64,000 bases of DNA from a virus. Shown in pieces: positions 14,484-25,640 of this stretch; position 1 is the first letter of the stretch, and each line of letters begins with the position of its first letter. A program made the position numbers and the translations under genes. The notes beneath the pieces were generated by a model. The model did not search any database. It saw only the letters and a program-made list of their open reading frames with translations, and had not been told where the DNA came from. Location: the IMG/VR virus record IMGVR_UViG_3300037484_000374, positions 106,952 to 170,951 of that record. The stretch is one strand, 5' to 3'.

Positions 14484-17348
14484 ATGTATTTAAAAGTAAC
14501 ATACGCACAACAATTTGATGATTTGATCATGCATCTGAAATCAAAGTATCCGAGAAGATTATTTGACATGGAGGGTATAGGTAAACAAACAGATATGTCC
14601 TTGTTTTCAAAGGATTTTTTCACAACGAAAACAGTAACATCTGATGTATCTGTTGATGACAACAGTAACGTTGATGATATGTCGGTTATAACATATACCA
14701 AGGAACTACCAAAACCTTTCTTCAAGCTGAACAGCTACTATGTTCTATGGAAGAAAATGAAACAACTATATGGTAAAGCAAGAGCAAATGAAATTGTCGA
14801 GAAACAATTGACAGGTGATATTTATATCAATGATTTTACAGGTGTAGGTGCTGGAATACCGTATTGTATGAATTACAGCACGTATGATGTGGCCCTGTTG
14901 GGATTGCCGATGATCAAAAAAATTATCAGTAGTCCACCAAAATATTTATATTCTTTCAAATCACAGCTGGAACAGTTCGTTGTGATTGCGGCGAACAGCA
15001 CACTTGGGGCCACCGGCCTTGCAGATATGTTGATTGTCATGGCTTATTATGTTGATAAGATTTTTAGAACTGGAAAAGATGCAAGTTTTGCATTTGCCTC
15101 AGAAGAGGATGCTTGGTTATATATAAAGGAAACCATTGTGTCTTTTATATATACAGTGAACCAACCAAACCGTGGTAATCAGTGCGTAACAGAGGATACA
15201 GAAGTTTTAACACCTGTTGGATTTAAAACATATGATATGTTATCAGAAGGCGATAGCATCTATACATGGGATAACGGCAAACTCAATATTCAAAAGGTTG
15301 ATAGAGTTAATGTATATGATTATGATGGTGAAATGCACTGCTATACCGGAAGGGATTTTTGCCAGTGCGTAACACCAAACCATAGAATACTACACAAGAA
15401 GAATAATAATAGGGATGAGTATTTATTATCAGAGTCATGTAATCTAATAGATAAAAAAACTCCATTAACAGTGCCAGTGGCAATGATAGAGGATGACAGA
15501 GAAGATTATAATATATCTGATGATATGTTAAAACTTTGTGTTATGATTTTAACAGATGGGAATATCGATACAGAAAAAAATGGTAGGATTAAATTATATA
15601 AGTCACCCAAAAGGTATGGTAACAAATTAATAAAAGAAACTTTGGAATCATTGGGGGTGGATTATAGTCTTATAGAAAGACCATCTGTTTTTGATGGAAC
15701 AGTAAACCATTATGATATAACAACAGATAACTCACAAGAAATTTTAAATATATTAAATAGTACAAAAAAAGAACTACCCGATTGGTTTTTTAATCTTAGC
15801 AAAAGACAAGCAAATATAGCTATTGATTTATGGTCTAAATTTGATGGTTATAACGGTGATAATAGACAAAAGTTACAGTGTGATAATTATAAAATTGCGG
15901 ATCAACTACAACATGTTTGTTTTCTTGCTGGGAGAGGAAGCAGAATAACAAGCAGACTAATTGGCAACAATAAAAAAGAAACAATATATCTCATTCCTTA
16001 TAATAGAATTAATAAGGATGCATGTAAAAAAGAAAAAATTCACTATAAAGGAAAAGTGTGGTGTCCATCAACAAAAGACGGGGTTGTTGTTTTTAGAAAA
16101 AATGGAAAGGTTTTTATATCTGGAAACTCACCATTCACCAATATTTCAATATTTGATGATAATTTCCTTAATGAATTAGCACCAGATTATCGATTCGTTG
16201 AGGGTGATGAAGTCATAACTCCAAAGGTATCGACAATCAAAAAGCTACAAGAAATGTTTCTTCATTCGATGAACCATGAACTAAGACGAACACCTATAAC
16301 ATTCCCAATAACAACGGCGTGTTTTAGTGTTGATGAGGATCATAATATTCAGGATGAGAACTTTTTAGATTTGATCAGCAAAGAAAATATAGAATTCGGA
16401 TTTATTAATATGTATGCTGGAAAAACATCAACGTTATCAAGCTGTTGCAGACTTCGCAGTGATAAATCAAACGAATACTTTAACTCTTTTGGGTCTGGTT
16501 CAACCAAGATAGGAAGCCTTGGAGTGTGTACAATTAACTTACCGAGAATAGCCTTTGAAAATAAAGGAAACTCAGAGGCTTTTATTGATAAGCTGATTGA
16601 ACTTGCTGTTGATTGTCAGCATGTAAATAATGCAAAAAGAAGCATTATTAAAAAGCGTATTGAGTCCGGTAACCTTCCACTGTATGATCATGGGTTTATG
16701 GATATAAACAAACAATATTCCACCATCGGTGTTAATGGCTTCTATGAGGCCGTAACTGAAATGGGATATGATATAATGTCAAATGAAGGACAGGAATTTG
16801 CCATAATGATTTTAGAAACCCTGAACACTGTAAATGATAGACTACAGAAACAATACGAAGCACCTCATAATGTCGAGCAGGTTCCTGGGGAAAGCCTCAG
16901 TGTTAAGTTGGCCTCTAAAGATAAGCTGTTTAGGATTCAGGACAAATATGATTTTTACTCTAACCAATTTATCCCCCTTATATGTAAAGCTGATTTGTTA
17001 GACAGAATAACATTGCAGGGATTATTTGATAGCCATTTCAGCGGCGGGGCCATTGCTCATTTAAATGTAGAGCAGAGAATTGAGGACTATAATATTGTAA
17101 AGAAATTGATTCGTAGTGCTGTGAAGAAAGGTGTTATCTATTTCGCCGTGAATTACACGTTACAGCGATGTGCAAAGAGTCACATGAGTGTCGGTAGGGG
17201 TGATAAGTGCTACTGTGGTGCTGATATAATAGAGACATATCAACGAGTTGTTGGTTTTCTCACAGCGACACGCACATGGAATAAGACCAGAAGAGAGCTT
17301 GACGAGCCAAATAGGGTGTTTTATAAAAACAGTGATATAAAATTTTAA
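14484..17348 (+). CDS. nrdD: anaerobic ribonucleoside-triphosphate reductase (class III) with intein
   Basis: SPFTN, SCCRL, GSLGVCTINLPR, EQVPGE, SGGAI and C-terminal RVVGF glycyl-radical motif. Confidence 0.93.
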   Translation: MYLKVTYAQQFDDLIMHLKSKYPRRLFDMEGIGKQTDMSLFSKDFFTTKTVTSDVSVDDNSNVDDMSVITYTKELPKPFFKLNSYYVLWKKMKQLYGKARANEIVEKQLTGDIYINDFTGVGAGIPYCMNYSTYDVALLGLPMIKKIISSPPKYLYSFKSQLEQFVVIAANSTLGATGLADMLIVMAYYVDKIFRTGKDASFAFASEEDAWLYIKETIVSFIYTVNQPNRGNQCVTEDTEVLTPVGFKTYDMLSEGDSIYTWDNGKLNIQKVDRVNVYDYDGEMHCYTGRDFCQCVTPNHRILHKKNNNRDEYLLSESCNLIDKKTPLTVPVAMIEDDREDYNISDDMLKLCVMILTDGNIDTEKNGRIKLYKSPKRYGNKLIKETLESLGVDYSLIERPSVFDGTVNHYDITTDNSQEILNILNSTKKELPDWFFNLSKRQANIAIDLWSKFDGYNGDNRQKLQCDNYKIADQLQHVCFLAGRGSRITSRLIGNNKKETIYLIPYNRINKDACKKEKIHYKGKVWCPSTKDGVVVFRKNGKVFISGNSPFTNISIFDDNFLNELAPDYRFVEGDEVITPKVSTIKKLQEMFLHSMNHELRRTPITFPITTACFSVDEDHNIQDENFLDLISKENIEFGFINMYAGKTSTLSSCCRLRSDKSNEYFNSFGSGSTKIGSLGVCTINLPRIAFENKGNSEAFIDKLIELAVDCQHVNNAKRSIIKKRIESGNLPLYDHGFMDINKQYSTIGVNGFYEAVTEMGYDIMSNEGQEFAIMILETLNTVNDRLQKQYEAPHNVEQVPGESLSVKLASKDKLFRIQDKYDFYSNQFIPLICKADLLDRITLQGLFDSHFSGGAIAHLNVEQRIEDYNIVKKLIRSAVKKGVIYFAVNYTLQRCAKSHMSVGRGDKCYCGADIIETYQRVVGFLTATRTWNKTRRELDEPNRVFYKNSDIKF
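15183..16127 (+). mobile_element. intein with LAGLIDADG-type endonuclease in NrdD (315 aa)
   Basis: Q/CVTEDTEVLT...VTPNHR...VWCPST...VFISGN/S. Confidence 0.9.
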
Positions 17349-17512
17349 AAATAAACCATTATAGTTGACATCACGGGTATATTTTAGTATAATGTATAAA
17401 AAGAAAAGAAGATCACCGAAATTTTTTATTAATTCTATGAAAAATATAATAAATAAGGGATATATAGCTTTTAAAAACAAAAATTATAGTAAAGTATTTA
17501 TAGGAGAAAATT

Positions 17513-17980
17513 ATGAATATTGCAGGTGTTGATTATACGTTAAAAACACAGTCTATAGATATATATCTATCAGGCTGTCATCCACCACATTGTCAGGGTT
17601 GTCACAATCCAGAGGCATGGGATTTTAATGTGGGTCACCCATATGATGAGGTTACTTGTAAACTTATCTTAGAAAAGATTGCCAATAATTCAGATATCGT
17701 TGATAACATTTTTGTTATGGGTGGGGAACCACTTGACCAACCATTATTTGAATTGATGACCCTTCTTGGTGATCTAAGAGAAGCGGGAAAAGCAATCTGG
17801 TTGTTTACTCGATATGAACTCGATGATATTTCTCCAGAAATAGGTATAATGTGTGATTATATAAAGACAGGCCGATATGTTGAATCACTGACATACGGAA
17901 CCGTTGAAAGATACGGTCTAAAATTAGCCACCCTAAATCAAAGAGTGTGGAAAAGGGGAGTAGATTATTTCAATGAATAA
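17513..17980 (+). CDS. nrdG: class III RNR activating enzyme (radical SAM)
   Basis: SGCHPPHCQGCHNPEAWDF, GGEPLDQ, DYIKTGRY and NQR motifs. Confidence 0.9.
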   Translation: MNIAGVDYTLKTQSIDIYLSGCHPPHCQGCHNPEAWDFNVGHPYDEVTCKLILEKIANNSDIVDNIFVMGGEPLDQPLFELMTLLGDLREAGKAIWLFTRYELDDISPEIGIMCDYIKTGRYVESLTYGTVERYGLKLATLNQRVWKRGVDYFNE

Positions 17981-18236
17981 GCAACAGCAACCACAACAGA
18001 TTAGTTTTGATGTTAGGCAAGCGGAAACAATGGTTTGTCCAAAATGTAACTGTCCTGTATGGGATACTAAAACAGTTCTGAAACGTGTATCAGCTATTAT
18101 AGCTGGAACAGAGCAGATTGCCCAAGTACCAGTTTTGGTTTGTGCAAATTGCGGAACCTGTGCCCCGGGAACAGAAGCCATTATCGGTGAAGTAAAAGCA
18201 CCAGAAGGAGTACCATCAACAATACTTACAAAATAA
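17973..18236 (+). CDS. zinc-ribbon hypothetical protein
   Basis: CPKC...CANCG. Confidence 0.7.
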   Translation: MNKQQQPQQISFDVRQAETMVCPKCNCPVWDTKTVLKRVSAIIAGTEQIAQVPVLVCANCGTCAPGTEAIIGEVKAPEGVPSTILTK

Positions 18237-18245
18237 GAGGATAAT

Positions 18246-18755
18246 ATGTTTGAGTATAATGAAGTATCAGATGCTATAGACAATTTAATTAAGTTGAATA
18301 TGAAGATCAGGAAAAATTTAGACCCTGATATACGTATGAATATATCAGCTGGTTCTTTTGCCGTTGACTTCTGTACAGTAAGATTTAACATAGGCAGAAG
18401 GGTAGGGAAGACCAGATACATAGAAGAACATGCCGATGATCATTCATTAACGATTGTTGCTAATCATCATATTAGAAGAAACCTGAGAAACACAAAAGGT
18501 ATGATCTTCACAGCACATGAAATTGATAGCGGTGGTTTGCATATACAGAACCAAACTCGATATCTTGATGGTGATTCAAAATTCTCGGGAGTGGATCATT
18601 ATAAATCAGATGGTAAAATATTTGAGTTTACCAGAGTATATGTTGATGAACCATCTTTCGTGTTTAAAGACAAAAATCACATGTTGGATATCTATCATAT
18701 AATTTGTAGACTCAATAGAAACACAACACCAACTTTTATTTTATTGGGGTCGTGA
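18246..18755 (+). CDS. small P-loop-like protein
   Basis: GRRVGKT and VYVDE (Walker A/B-like). Confidence 0.55.
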   Translation: MFEYNEVSDAIDNLIKLNMKIRKNLDPDIRMNISAGSFAVDFCTVRFNIGRRVGKTRYIEEHADDHSLTIVANHHIRRNLRNTKGMIFTAHEIDSGGLHIQNQTRYLDGDSKFSGVDHYKSDGKIFEFTRVYVDEPSFVFKDKNHMLDIYHIICRLNRNTTPTFILLGS

Positions 18756-19456
18756 TGATATGAAGCTGAACTTGTGTTCACCAAAAAGCCCGTGCTGTAA
18801 AGCTGATTGGGTAAATATAGAATGTCCTGAGTGTAGTGGATCAGGTGAGGTAGATGAGTTGTTTGATGGTAACTATACACTATGTACATATTGTGATGGC
18901 ATGGGGTATTATGATCATCTTGTCGAGTGTGAAAAATGTGGCCAAGAATTTTCATTTGATAACTGAGGAATAAGAAATGCTGAAACCAAACGAATTAGTA
19001 GAATGCCCAACATGTAGAAATAAGATTGAATATGGCTCTTTTGTATATAGCCAATATATTAACAAAGAGATTTGTTGTATGTGCCAAGACAACATGAGCA
19101 ATTATCTTAACGATGGTGGCAATCAACAGAGTTATGTGAGTAGGGACATGGCAATGGATGCCGGTGATCTAAGTTTAGAAGGATGGGAGATTTAGTGTTT
19201 ATACCAAAACACTTTAAAGAATGGTTTAATAAGTGGGGTGTAAAAGATGGTATTGGTGAACCTTATGATGCCACTTTCTTATAGAGCATATCAGAAAGGT
19301 AAAAAGGATGCTGTAAAAAATGTAATACCAATCAGTGACACTGGTGGAGAGTATAATATTTGGCATCGAAACGCCGTTAGGAAAAAATAACTATTGACTT
19401 TTATTTTAAATGTGGTATTGTGTTTTTAAGATAAAAATTCAATTGAGGTACACAAC

Positions 19457-19741
19457 ATGAGAAACAAACCGATGACATGCTCAGAGATCGCAAGGGGTAC
19501 GGGTACAACAAGGCAGAACGTTTCCCAAACTCTGAAAAAGGCAATGGGGAAAATTTATAACTCAGTTCTCGAAGAGTATAAGTCACCGTGGAAAACTGTA
19601 AATGCTATGATGCATATCTTGGGGGTAAACAACCAAACACCTCATGATATTGAGGAGTTTTTTCAAATGCTCCCGTCAAAAATTCGTGAGGAAGCTAAAG
19701 AAGATGCCAAGAAAATATGGAAATTACACCCCGACATGTAG
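19457..19741 (+). CDS. sigma70 region-4-like HTH protein
   Basis: MTCSEIARGTGTTRQNVSQTLKKAMGK. Confidence 0.7.
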   Translation: MRNKPMTCSEIARGTGTTRQNVSQTLKKAMGKIYNSVLEEYKSPWKTVNAMMHILGVNNQTPHDIEEFFQMLPSKIREEAKEDAKKIWKLHPDM

Positions 19742-20565
19742 CACCTGTATATATTGTGTAGATGACAGAGGGTGGTTCTCATGTGAAAACGATATGTTTT
19801 CCGGTAAGACAATAAACCAACTCGTTTTCCTTACACCAATTATTCTTGAATGTATTGAGTATGAGAGAAGACCAGAGTAAATTAATTTTTTAAAGTGATG
19901 GGGCTATGAGAAATGATACACCAGAACCACCACCAATAGATCAAGGTGGGTATTATGCATGAAATAATATTACAGGAAAGGCGATCATGGATATAGCATA
20001 TATTGAATCATATCATGGAGATTGGGTTTCTTATACAATTTTAAAACCTACTGGTAGATGGAGAATGGAAAGTGGGTCATATGGTAAAGATGACATCTTT
20101 GTCGAGCACCAAACATTTATATGGTTTATAAAATGGTGGATACATGAAGATGATATTCATTTTCTTCCAGAGCCAGAGGTCATTCAATTTAATTGTAAGA
20201 AAAGATAGGGGGGGTAATAGATGAAAATTAAAAAGATGTGTAAGATATGTGGTCTGAGGCCAGCCACCAGACTGGTAGAAATTGAACGCCGCTTATTCTA
20301 TACTTAGCAGACCAGTTAAAAGCTATCCTGTCTTTGAATTATACACTCATAATCCAAGAAACGGAACACGACACCATTTAGAAAGTAAACATGAAATAGA
20401 TAATGGTAATGATAGATATAATGTTTATCTTAATGGGAACAAATGGCGTAATCAATGGAGTAGATATAGATTTACAAAATGGTTGTTTGACAGAATTGAT
20501 TCTGTTTTTGTAGGGTAATATAATATGTTTACAATAAATAAAATATATATTATAATTAATACATA

Positions 20566-21606
20566 ATGATAGACCAAAGTAAAGTACATGAAATATGTTA
20601 CCAGCACCTTGTCAATGTTTCTATAAACGCCAATGGTGGTGTATGGGCAAGGTGTCCTTTCTGTGGTGACTCTAAAAAATCCAAAAAAATCAAAAGGTTC
20701 CATCTCGATTATTATGGAAAATATGACGAGTGGGTATTCAAATGCTACAATGGTGGGTGTAATCCCGGCACTGGAAACATTTTTACGCTATATGCTTTTG
20801 TAAAGGGTATATCCCAAAAAGAAGCGTACCGTGAATTGGTTGATCCAGTATATAATGAAGACACCATTCGGAAACGTCTGAGCACAGTCACAGCCTCACC
20901 AATTATTGAAGAGGATGTTAAAAATAATTTTCTTGATATTGATCTTAAAAATGATTGTATATCTCTCTCAAGTGAGACAACAACAAAAATAGATGAACGG
21001 TATCAGGAAGTTCTTAGAAGGTTTGTTACAAGAAGAAAGGTTCCCATTGAGGCTTATATTGCTGTAAGGGGTCGATACAAAAATAGAATCATATTGCCTT
21101 TGTGGATTCACGGCAAACTTGAATATTTCCAAGCAAGGAAAATATTCGATGAGATGGAGCCTAAATTTTTAAACCCCGTGGTCGATAAGAGATCGATTGT
21201 ATTGAACATCGACAATTTTGACAGAGATAAATTTATCATCATCACCGAGGGTTTACTGGATGCATATATGGTAAACTATGACCAAGGGACTACAGTTCTC
21301 GGTGGGTGTTATAAAGATGAGTTCATCAACCTATTATTACCACACACTGATAGGGGTGTTATCATAGCACCTGATAATATCAAGATCGACAAGACCGGCA
21401 GTGAAGAAATAAAAAAATTCGTAACGAATTCTACCTATCGCCATTCCAAACTGGTTCAATATTTTTTAATGCCATATAATAATGTCAAAGACCTTAATGA
21501 GTTGGTTATGAAAAAGGATATTGATAACGTATATGATTTCATATTAAAAAATACCAACAATTCTTTTAAATTTCTCACAAAAGTCAAATTAAATACCTCT
21601 TATTAA
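20566..21606 (+). CDS. DNA primase (T4 gp61-like)
   Basis: RCPFCGDS zinc finger, RIILP, FQAR, TEGLLDA (TOPRIM), KDLNE. Confidence 0.9.
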   Translation: MIDQSKVHEICYQHLVNVSINANGGVWARCPFCGDSKKSKKIKRFHLDYYGKYDEWVFKCYNGGCNPGTGNIFTLYAFVKGISQKEAYRELVDPVYNEDTIRKRLSTVTASPIIEEDVKNNFLDIDLKNDCISLSSETTTKIDERYQEVLRRFVTRRKVPIEAYIAVRGRYKNRIILPLWIHGKLEYFQARKIFDEMEPKFLNPVVDKRSIVLNIDNFDRDKFIIITEGLLDAYMVNYDQGTTVLGGCYKDEFINLLLPHTDRGVIIAPDNIKIDKTGSEEIKKFVTNSTYRHSKLVQYFLMPYNNVKDLNELVMKKDIDNVYDFILKNTNNSFKFLTKVKLNTSY

Positions 21607-21656
21607 TATAAATAGTAGTGTAGTTGTATTACTATTGTTTATATTGGAGGTCAACA

Positions 21657-22130
21657 ATGAAGATAGCTCATCAGGGGCGTGATGTGATTAGGATCGATGA
21701 CGGTGATTATAATACTATTTCCAAACATGATTTTGGTAGGGTTCATTTAATAAAGATCGATTTCTGTGATCCAACAAATGAAAAAATGAATTGGTTACTT
21801 GATATGTTTCCGAAAACCAACAGATTCATTGTTGATGATAATATCAGGTTCTATAATTCTTTTCTAAGAAACACAAACAAAAAATACTACATAAGTAACA
21901 GGGTGGGTGATAGACTTATTACTTTCTATAAGAAAAACAATAAGGTATTACTTGACACCACCAAACTTACCGAACTCGAAAGACAATTCGTTTTCCTTGT
22001 TGATTTAGAAGATGTTCTTTTGAACACCGAGGTAATGATAGTCACCGGAGAGAAATATGAAGAGAATGTTAATATCTTCAATGGTTGGTTTGGTAATCTT
22101 ATTATTGATGATAAAACATACAAAATATAA
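21657..22130 (+). CDS. hypothetical protein
   Basis: Late promoter at 21607; GGAGG RBS. Confidence 0.7.
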   Translation: MKIAHQGRDVIRIDDGDYNTISKHDFGRVHLIKIDFCDPTNEKMNWLLDMFPKTNRFIVDDNIRFYNSFLRNTNKKYYISNRVGDRLITFYKKNNKVLLDTTKLTELERQFVFLVDLEDVLLNTEVMIVTGEKYEENVNIFNGWFGNLIIDDKTYKI

Positions 22131-22142
22131 GGAAAAATATTA

Positions 22143-23000
22143 ATGTCGGTTTTGTGTTGTGGTCCATATATAGGCGATTTCGAGCAAGAGATAATGTGTT
22201 TCAGGCCAATGATGACCTACGTTCATTTTGTGTTGGGAGAACCAGTAACATTTTTATCATCTCATCGCAATAGAAGATTTATGTATGATTGGATAGATGA
22301 TAAAAATTTTCTACCAACATATGGAATGCTATCAAGAGATGAGAGCAAGCAACACGGGTACATACATGAATACGTGTCAGCCCGTGACTATAATATTTTC
22401 GTGAAATCATTCAAGGATTTTGCCTCGATCAAAACAAATGCTCTTAAACGAGACATAGACCACCACACCGTCCAGTACCTAAAGACAACCCCTCGATATT
22501 CAATATATAATAAAATATTCGATCCTATTGAAATTCCAAAAGTTGACATGAACACCAAGTTCATGAGGGAATTCAAAAAGGGTGACTATACTGTTTTCGT
22601 TCCAGATAACAGTATTTCAGTTAAAGAATCAAAGCACATTTACAAAGAGCTAAAAAAGTTGTATAATGTAATTGTAATAGGTGATATGAAATGTCATCTT
22701 CCAGATGAAAATATTCTTCTCAAAAGAGTTGACTACTTTGAGAATGGATATAAATACATATTTAATTTACTCAACAATGCACAGTTGGTGGTAACACCCT
22801 GTAGCCATTGGACTTTCTTGTGCAACCTACAGGGATGGCCTGTTATAAGTTGGGGTGAGTCACCATCTATATATAAAGAGGATGGAATTTTTGGGTTCGG
22901 TAATAAGAATAGTATAATACCCCATAACAAGGGTGATAGTAATAAAAGAATAGTTGATCATGTAAAATATGTGATGGATGAGATATCGAGGAGATTTTAG
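22143..23000 (+). CDS. glycosyltransferase-like protein (GT-B, GT9-like C-terminus)
   Basis: GPYIGDFEQE N-terminus; A.LVVTPCS...L.NL.G.PVISWG. Confidence 0.55.
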   Translation: MSVLCCGPYIGDFEQEIMCFRPMMTYVHFVLGEPVTFLSSHRNRRFMYDWIDDKNFLPTYGMLSRDESKQHGYIHEYVSARDYNIFVKSFKDFASIKTNALKRDIDHHTVQYLKTTPRYSIYNKIFDPIEIPKVDMNTKFMREFKKGDYTVFVPDNSISVKESKHIYKELKKLYNVIVIGDMKCHLPDENILLKRVDYFENGYKYIFNLLNNAQLVVTPCSHWTFLCNLQGWPVISWGESPSIYKEDGIFGFGNKNSIIPHNKGDSNKRIVDHVKYVMDEISRRF

Positions 23001-23001
23001 G

Positions 23002-23181
23002 ATGCCAATGTATGAATTTAAATGTAGGGTCTGTGGGAAAGTAACGGAGAAGATTGTACCGTTCGGCACAAAAACCCATGACTGTTGGTACTGTGGTACA
23101 GAAGCAAAGAAAATAATGTCAGAAACAAACTGGAGTTTGAAAGGAGCCGGTTGGTACGGCACCACCAATCCTAAAAAATAG
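23002..23181 (+). CDS. FmdB-family zinc-ribbon protein
   Basis: MPMYEFKCRVCG...CWYCG...LKGAGWY.T. Confidence 0.85.
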   Translation: MPMYEFKCRVCGKVTEKIVPFGTKTHDCWYCGTEAKKIMSETNWSLKGAGWYGTTNPKK

Positions 23182-23310
23182 GGAATAACAATGCAAGAAT
23201 ACTGTTGTATTCTCTGTAAGCATGAGTTTACAGACAACAACGGTATTTGTCCACAATGTGGAAGTAAAAAAACTATAAAAAAATATAGGTAAAATGTAAG
23301 GAGAAGACAA

Positions 23311-23565
23311 ATGCCAATCTATGACTACAGATGCCCCAAGTGTGAAGAGGAAAAGATAGACGTTTATGCAAAATATGAGGATGTTCAGTTATGTGATAAG
23401 TGTAGGGAACAAATGGTAAAAAATTGTAACTGTAGTCATTTCAAACTTGTTTATAATAACAAAACTGATATGTGTTCGTGGCAGGGTGAATCCTCACAAT
23501 ACTGGATGGAATATAAGAAACAAAAAGCAGAAGGAAAAAATGTTAAGCCCTATGGAGAAGATTGA
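23311..23565 (+). CDS. FmdB-like zinc-ribbon protein
   Basis: MPIYDYRCPKC...CDKC. Confidence 0.75.
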   Translation: MPIYDYRCPKCEEEKIDVYAKYEDVQLCDKCREQMVKNCNCSHFKLVYNNKTDMCSWQGESSQYWMEYKKQKAEGKNVKPYGED

Positions 23566-23571
23566 TTAAAT

Positions 23572-24441
23572 ATGCCCAAGAAACTATCATATGATTATGT
23601 AAAGGAGCAGATTGAAAAAGAAGGATTTGAATTAGTAAGTAAAGAATATATAAATGCTAATAGTAAATTAAAAACCAATTGCCCGGAAGGTCACGAACAT
23701 AATATAACATTTGGTAATTGGAAAGCAGGTTATCGATGCCCAGAATGTGCTGGTAATAAAAAACTAACATATGAACCTGTAAAAGAACAAATTGAAAATG
23801 AAGGGTATAAATTATTAGGTAAGGAATATAAAAATGCATTTACTAAATTAAAAGTAAAATGTCCTGTAGGACATGAGTATAAAGTAACATGGAATTGTTT
23901 CCAACAAGGCAAGAGATGTCCTGAGTGTGTTGGTGGGGTAAAACTATCATATGATTATGTAAAAGAATATATTGAAAAAGAAGGGTTTGAATTAGTAAGT
24001 GATGAATATAAGAATAAAGAAACATATTTATTAATTAAATGTTCAAAAGGTCATGTTGTGAGTAGAAAGTGGTATGTTTTCCAACAAAATCCAATATGCC
24101 CAGAATGTGTGTTTAATGAGAAAGTTTCAAAACCTGAAAATATATTATTTGATTTTGTTAATAACATATATACAAATAAAATAATACAAAACGATAGATC
24201 ACAGATTATAAACCCACTAACAAGTTGTAATCTTGAATTGGATATATGGTTACCTGAATTAAACAAGGCTATAGAATTTAACGGAAGATATTGGCACACA
24301 CTTCCAGAAGTAGTACAACGAGATTATATTAAATACCAACAATGCAGAGAAAAGGGTATTGATTTGCTGGTAATCAACGAAGAAAATTGGATAAATAATA
24401 GGGAAGGTTGTTTACAAAAAGTAAAAGAATTTATATTGTAA
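23572..24441 (+). CDS. putative homing endonuclease (three C..GH...CPEC repeats + C-terminal ELDI..AIEFNG.YWH nuclease)
   Basis: Repeat architecture and nuclease motif visible in the translation. Confidence 0.8.
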   Translation: MPKKLSYDYVKEQIEKEGFELVSKEYINANSKLKTNCPEGHEHNITFGNWKAGYRCPECAGNKKLTYEPVKEQIENEGYKLLGKEYKNAFTKLKVKCPVGHEYKVTWNCFQQGKRCPECVGGVKLSYDYVKEYIEKEGFELVSDEYKNKETYLLIKCSKGHVVSRKWYVFQQNPICPECVFNEKVSKPENILFDFVNNIYTNKIIQNDRSQIINPLTSCNLELDIWLPELNKAIEFNGRYWHTLPEVVQRDYIKYQQCREKGIDLLVINEENWINNREGCLQKVKEFIL

Positions 24442-24466
24442 GCTGTACATAAAAAAGGAGAAAGGT

Positions 24467-25639
24467 ATGAAAACACTAATTTGTGGCTGGGATGGATATA
24501 TTGGGACAGCACTTGTTCAGAGGTTACTCAGGGAAGGTCATTCAGTTGTCGCTCTTGATAATTATGATAGAAGGACCGCTGTTAATGAAATGAACAGTGT
24601 TTCGTTTACAGATATTCTTGATATAAATGCTAAGAAGAAAGAACTATTAACTCTTGGTAATATCAGATTTTTAGTTGCTGATATTGCAGACCCACAAACA
24701 GAATATCTTCATTTAAAATTTCGAGCATATGGTAAGTTCGATAATATCATAAATCTCGCACATTGTCCATCGGGGCCATTTTCTATGGTCGATCAAGTAC
24801 ATGCAAACTATGTTTTAAATAATAATATCATCGGAACCAATAATCTATTATGGGCAATGAAACAATATTGCCCAGAAGCCCACTACATAACAATCGGCTC
24901 AACGGGCGAATATGACCACCAGAGCCTTGTTGATATCCAAGAGGGGTACTTTAAATTTACCCACAATGGCAGAGAATCAGCAGAGATGATTTTCCCCCGC
25001 CGCCCAGGTTCTATCTACCATACGTCAAAAACAGCGTCCACATATCTGATTGATCTGATTACTCGTTCATGGGATATACGATGTACAGACGTACAACAGG
25101 CTGTTGTATTCGGTATCTATACTGATGACATCAAAGAAACTGGTATCCAGACTCGATTGGATACCGATCAATGCTTTGGAACGGTTCTTAATAGATTCTG
25201 TGTACAGGCTCTTATTGGTGAACCACTAACTATCTATGGTGAAGGTAAGCACCAGAGAGGTTTCCTTTCATTGAATGACAGCGTACAGGCTCTTATGATC
25301 GCTGTGAACAACCCAGCACCAAAGGGTAGAGTTCAGGTCTGGAATCAGTTATCGGAATGGCAATCAATTAATGATATCGCACAGATGGTTGTTGATGTTG
25401 CAGAGGAATATTCTATCAATGTAGAAACAAAACATATTCCAACACCTCGAAAGGAAAGCACATCAGATCATTATTACAATTATGTTTCTGATATATTAAA
25501 AGGGTTTGGTTATGTTCCTTCCAGAACAATCAAGGATGAAATAAGACATATTCTTGAATATGGAATAAATCACACACTGACAAAAGAAAAAAGAAACATA
25601 CTTAAAGCCAATGTAAAACCAACTATTACGTGGAAGTAA
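24467..25639 (+). CDS. sqdB: UDP-sulfoquinovose synthase-like SDR
   Basis: G.DGYIG, PGSIYHTSK, W.IR.TD.QQ.VV.G and D..FGTVLNRFCVQA..G.PLT.YG.G...RGF match the SqdB/SQD1 signature. Confidence 0.8.
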   Translation: MKTLICGWDGYIGTALVQRLLREGHSVVALDNYDRRTAVNEMNSVSFTDILDINAKKKELLTLGNIRFLVADIADPQTEYLHLKFRAYGKFDNIINLAHCPSGPFSMVDQVHANYVLNNNIIGTNNLLWAMKQYCPEAHYITIGSTGEYDHQSLVDIQEGYFKFTHNGRESAEMIFPRRPGSIYHTSKTASTYLIDLITRSWDIRCTDVQQAVVFGIYTDDIKETGIQTRLDTDQCFGTVLNRFCVQALIGEPLTIYGEGKHQRGFLSLNDSVQALMIAVNNPAPKGRVQVWNQLSEWQSINDIAQMVVDVAEEYSINVETKHIPTPRKESTSDHYYNYVSDILKGFGYVPSRTIKDEIRHILEYGINHTLTKEKRNILKANVKPTITWK

Positions 25640-25640
25640 A

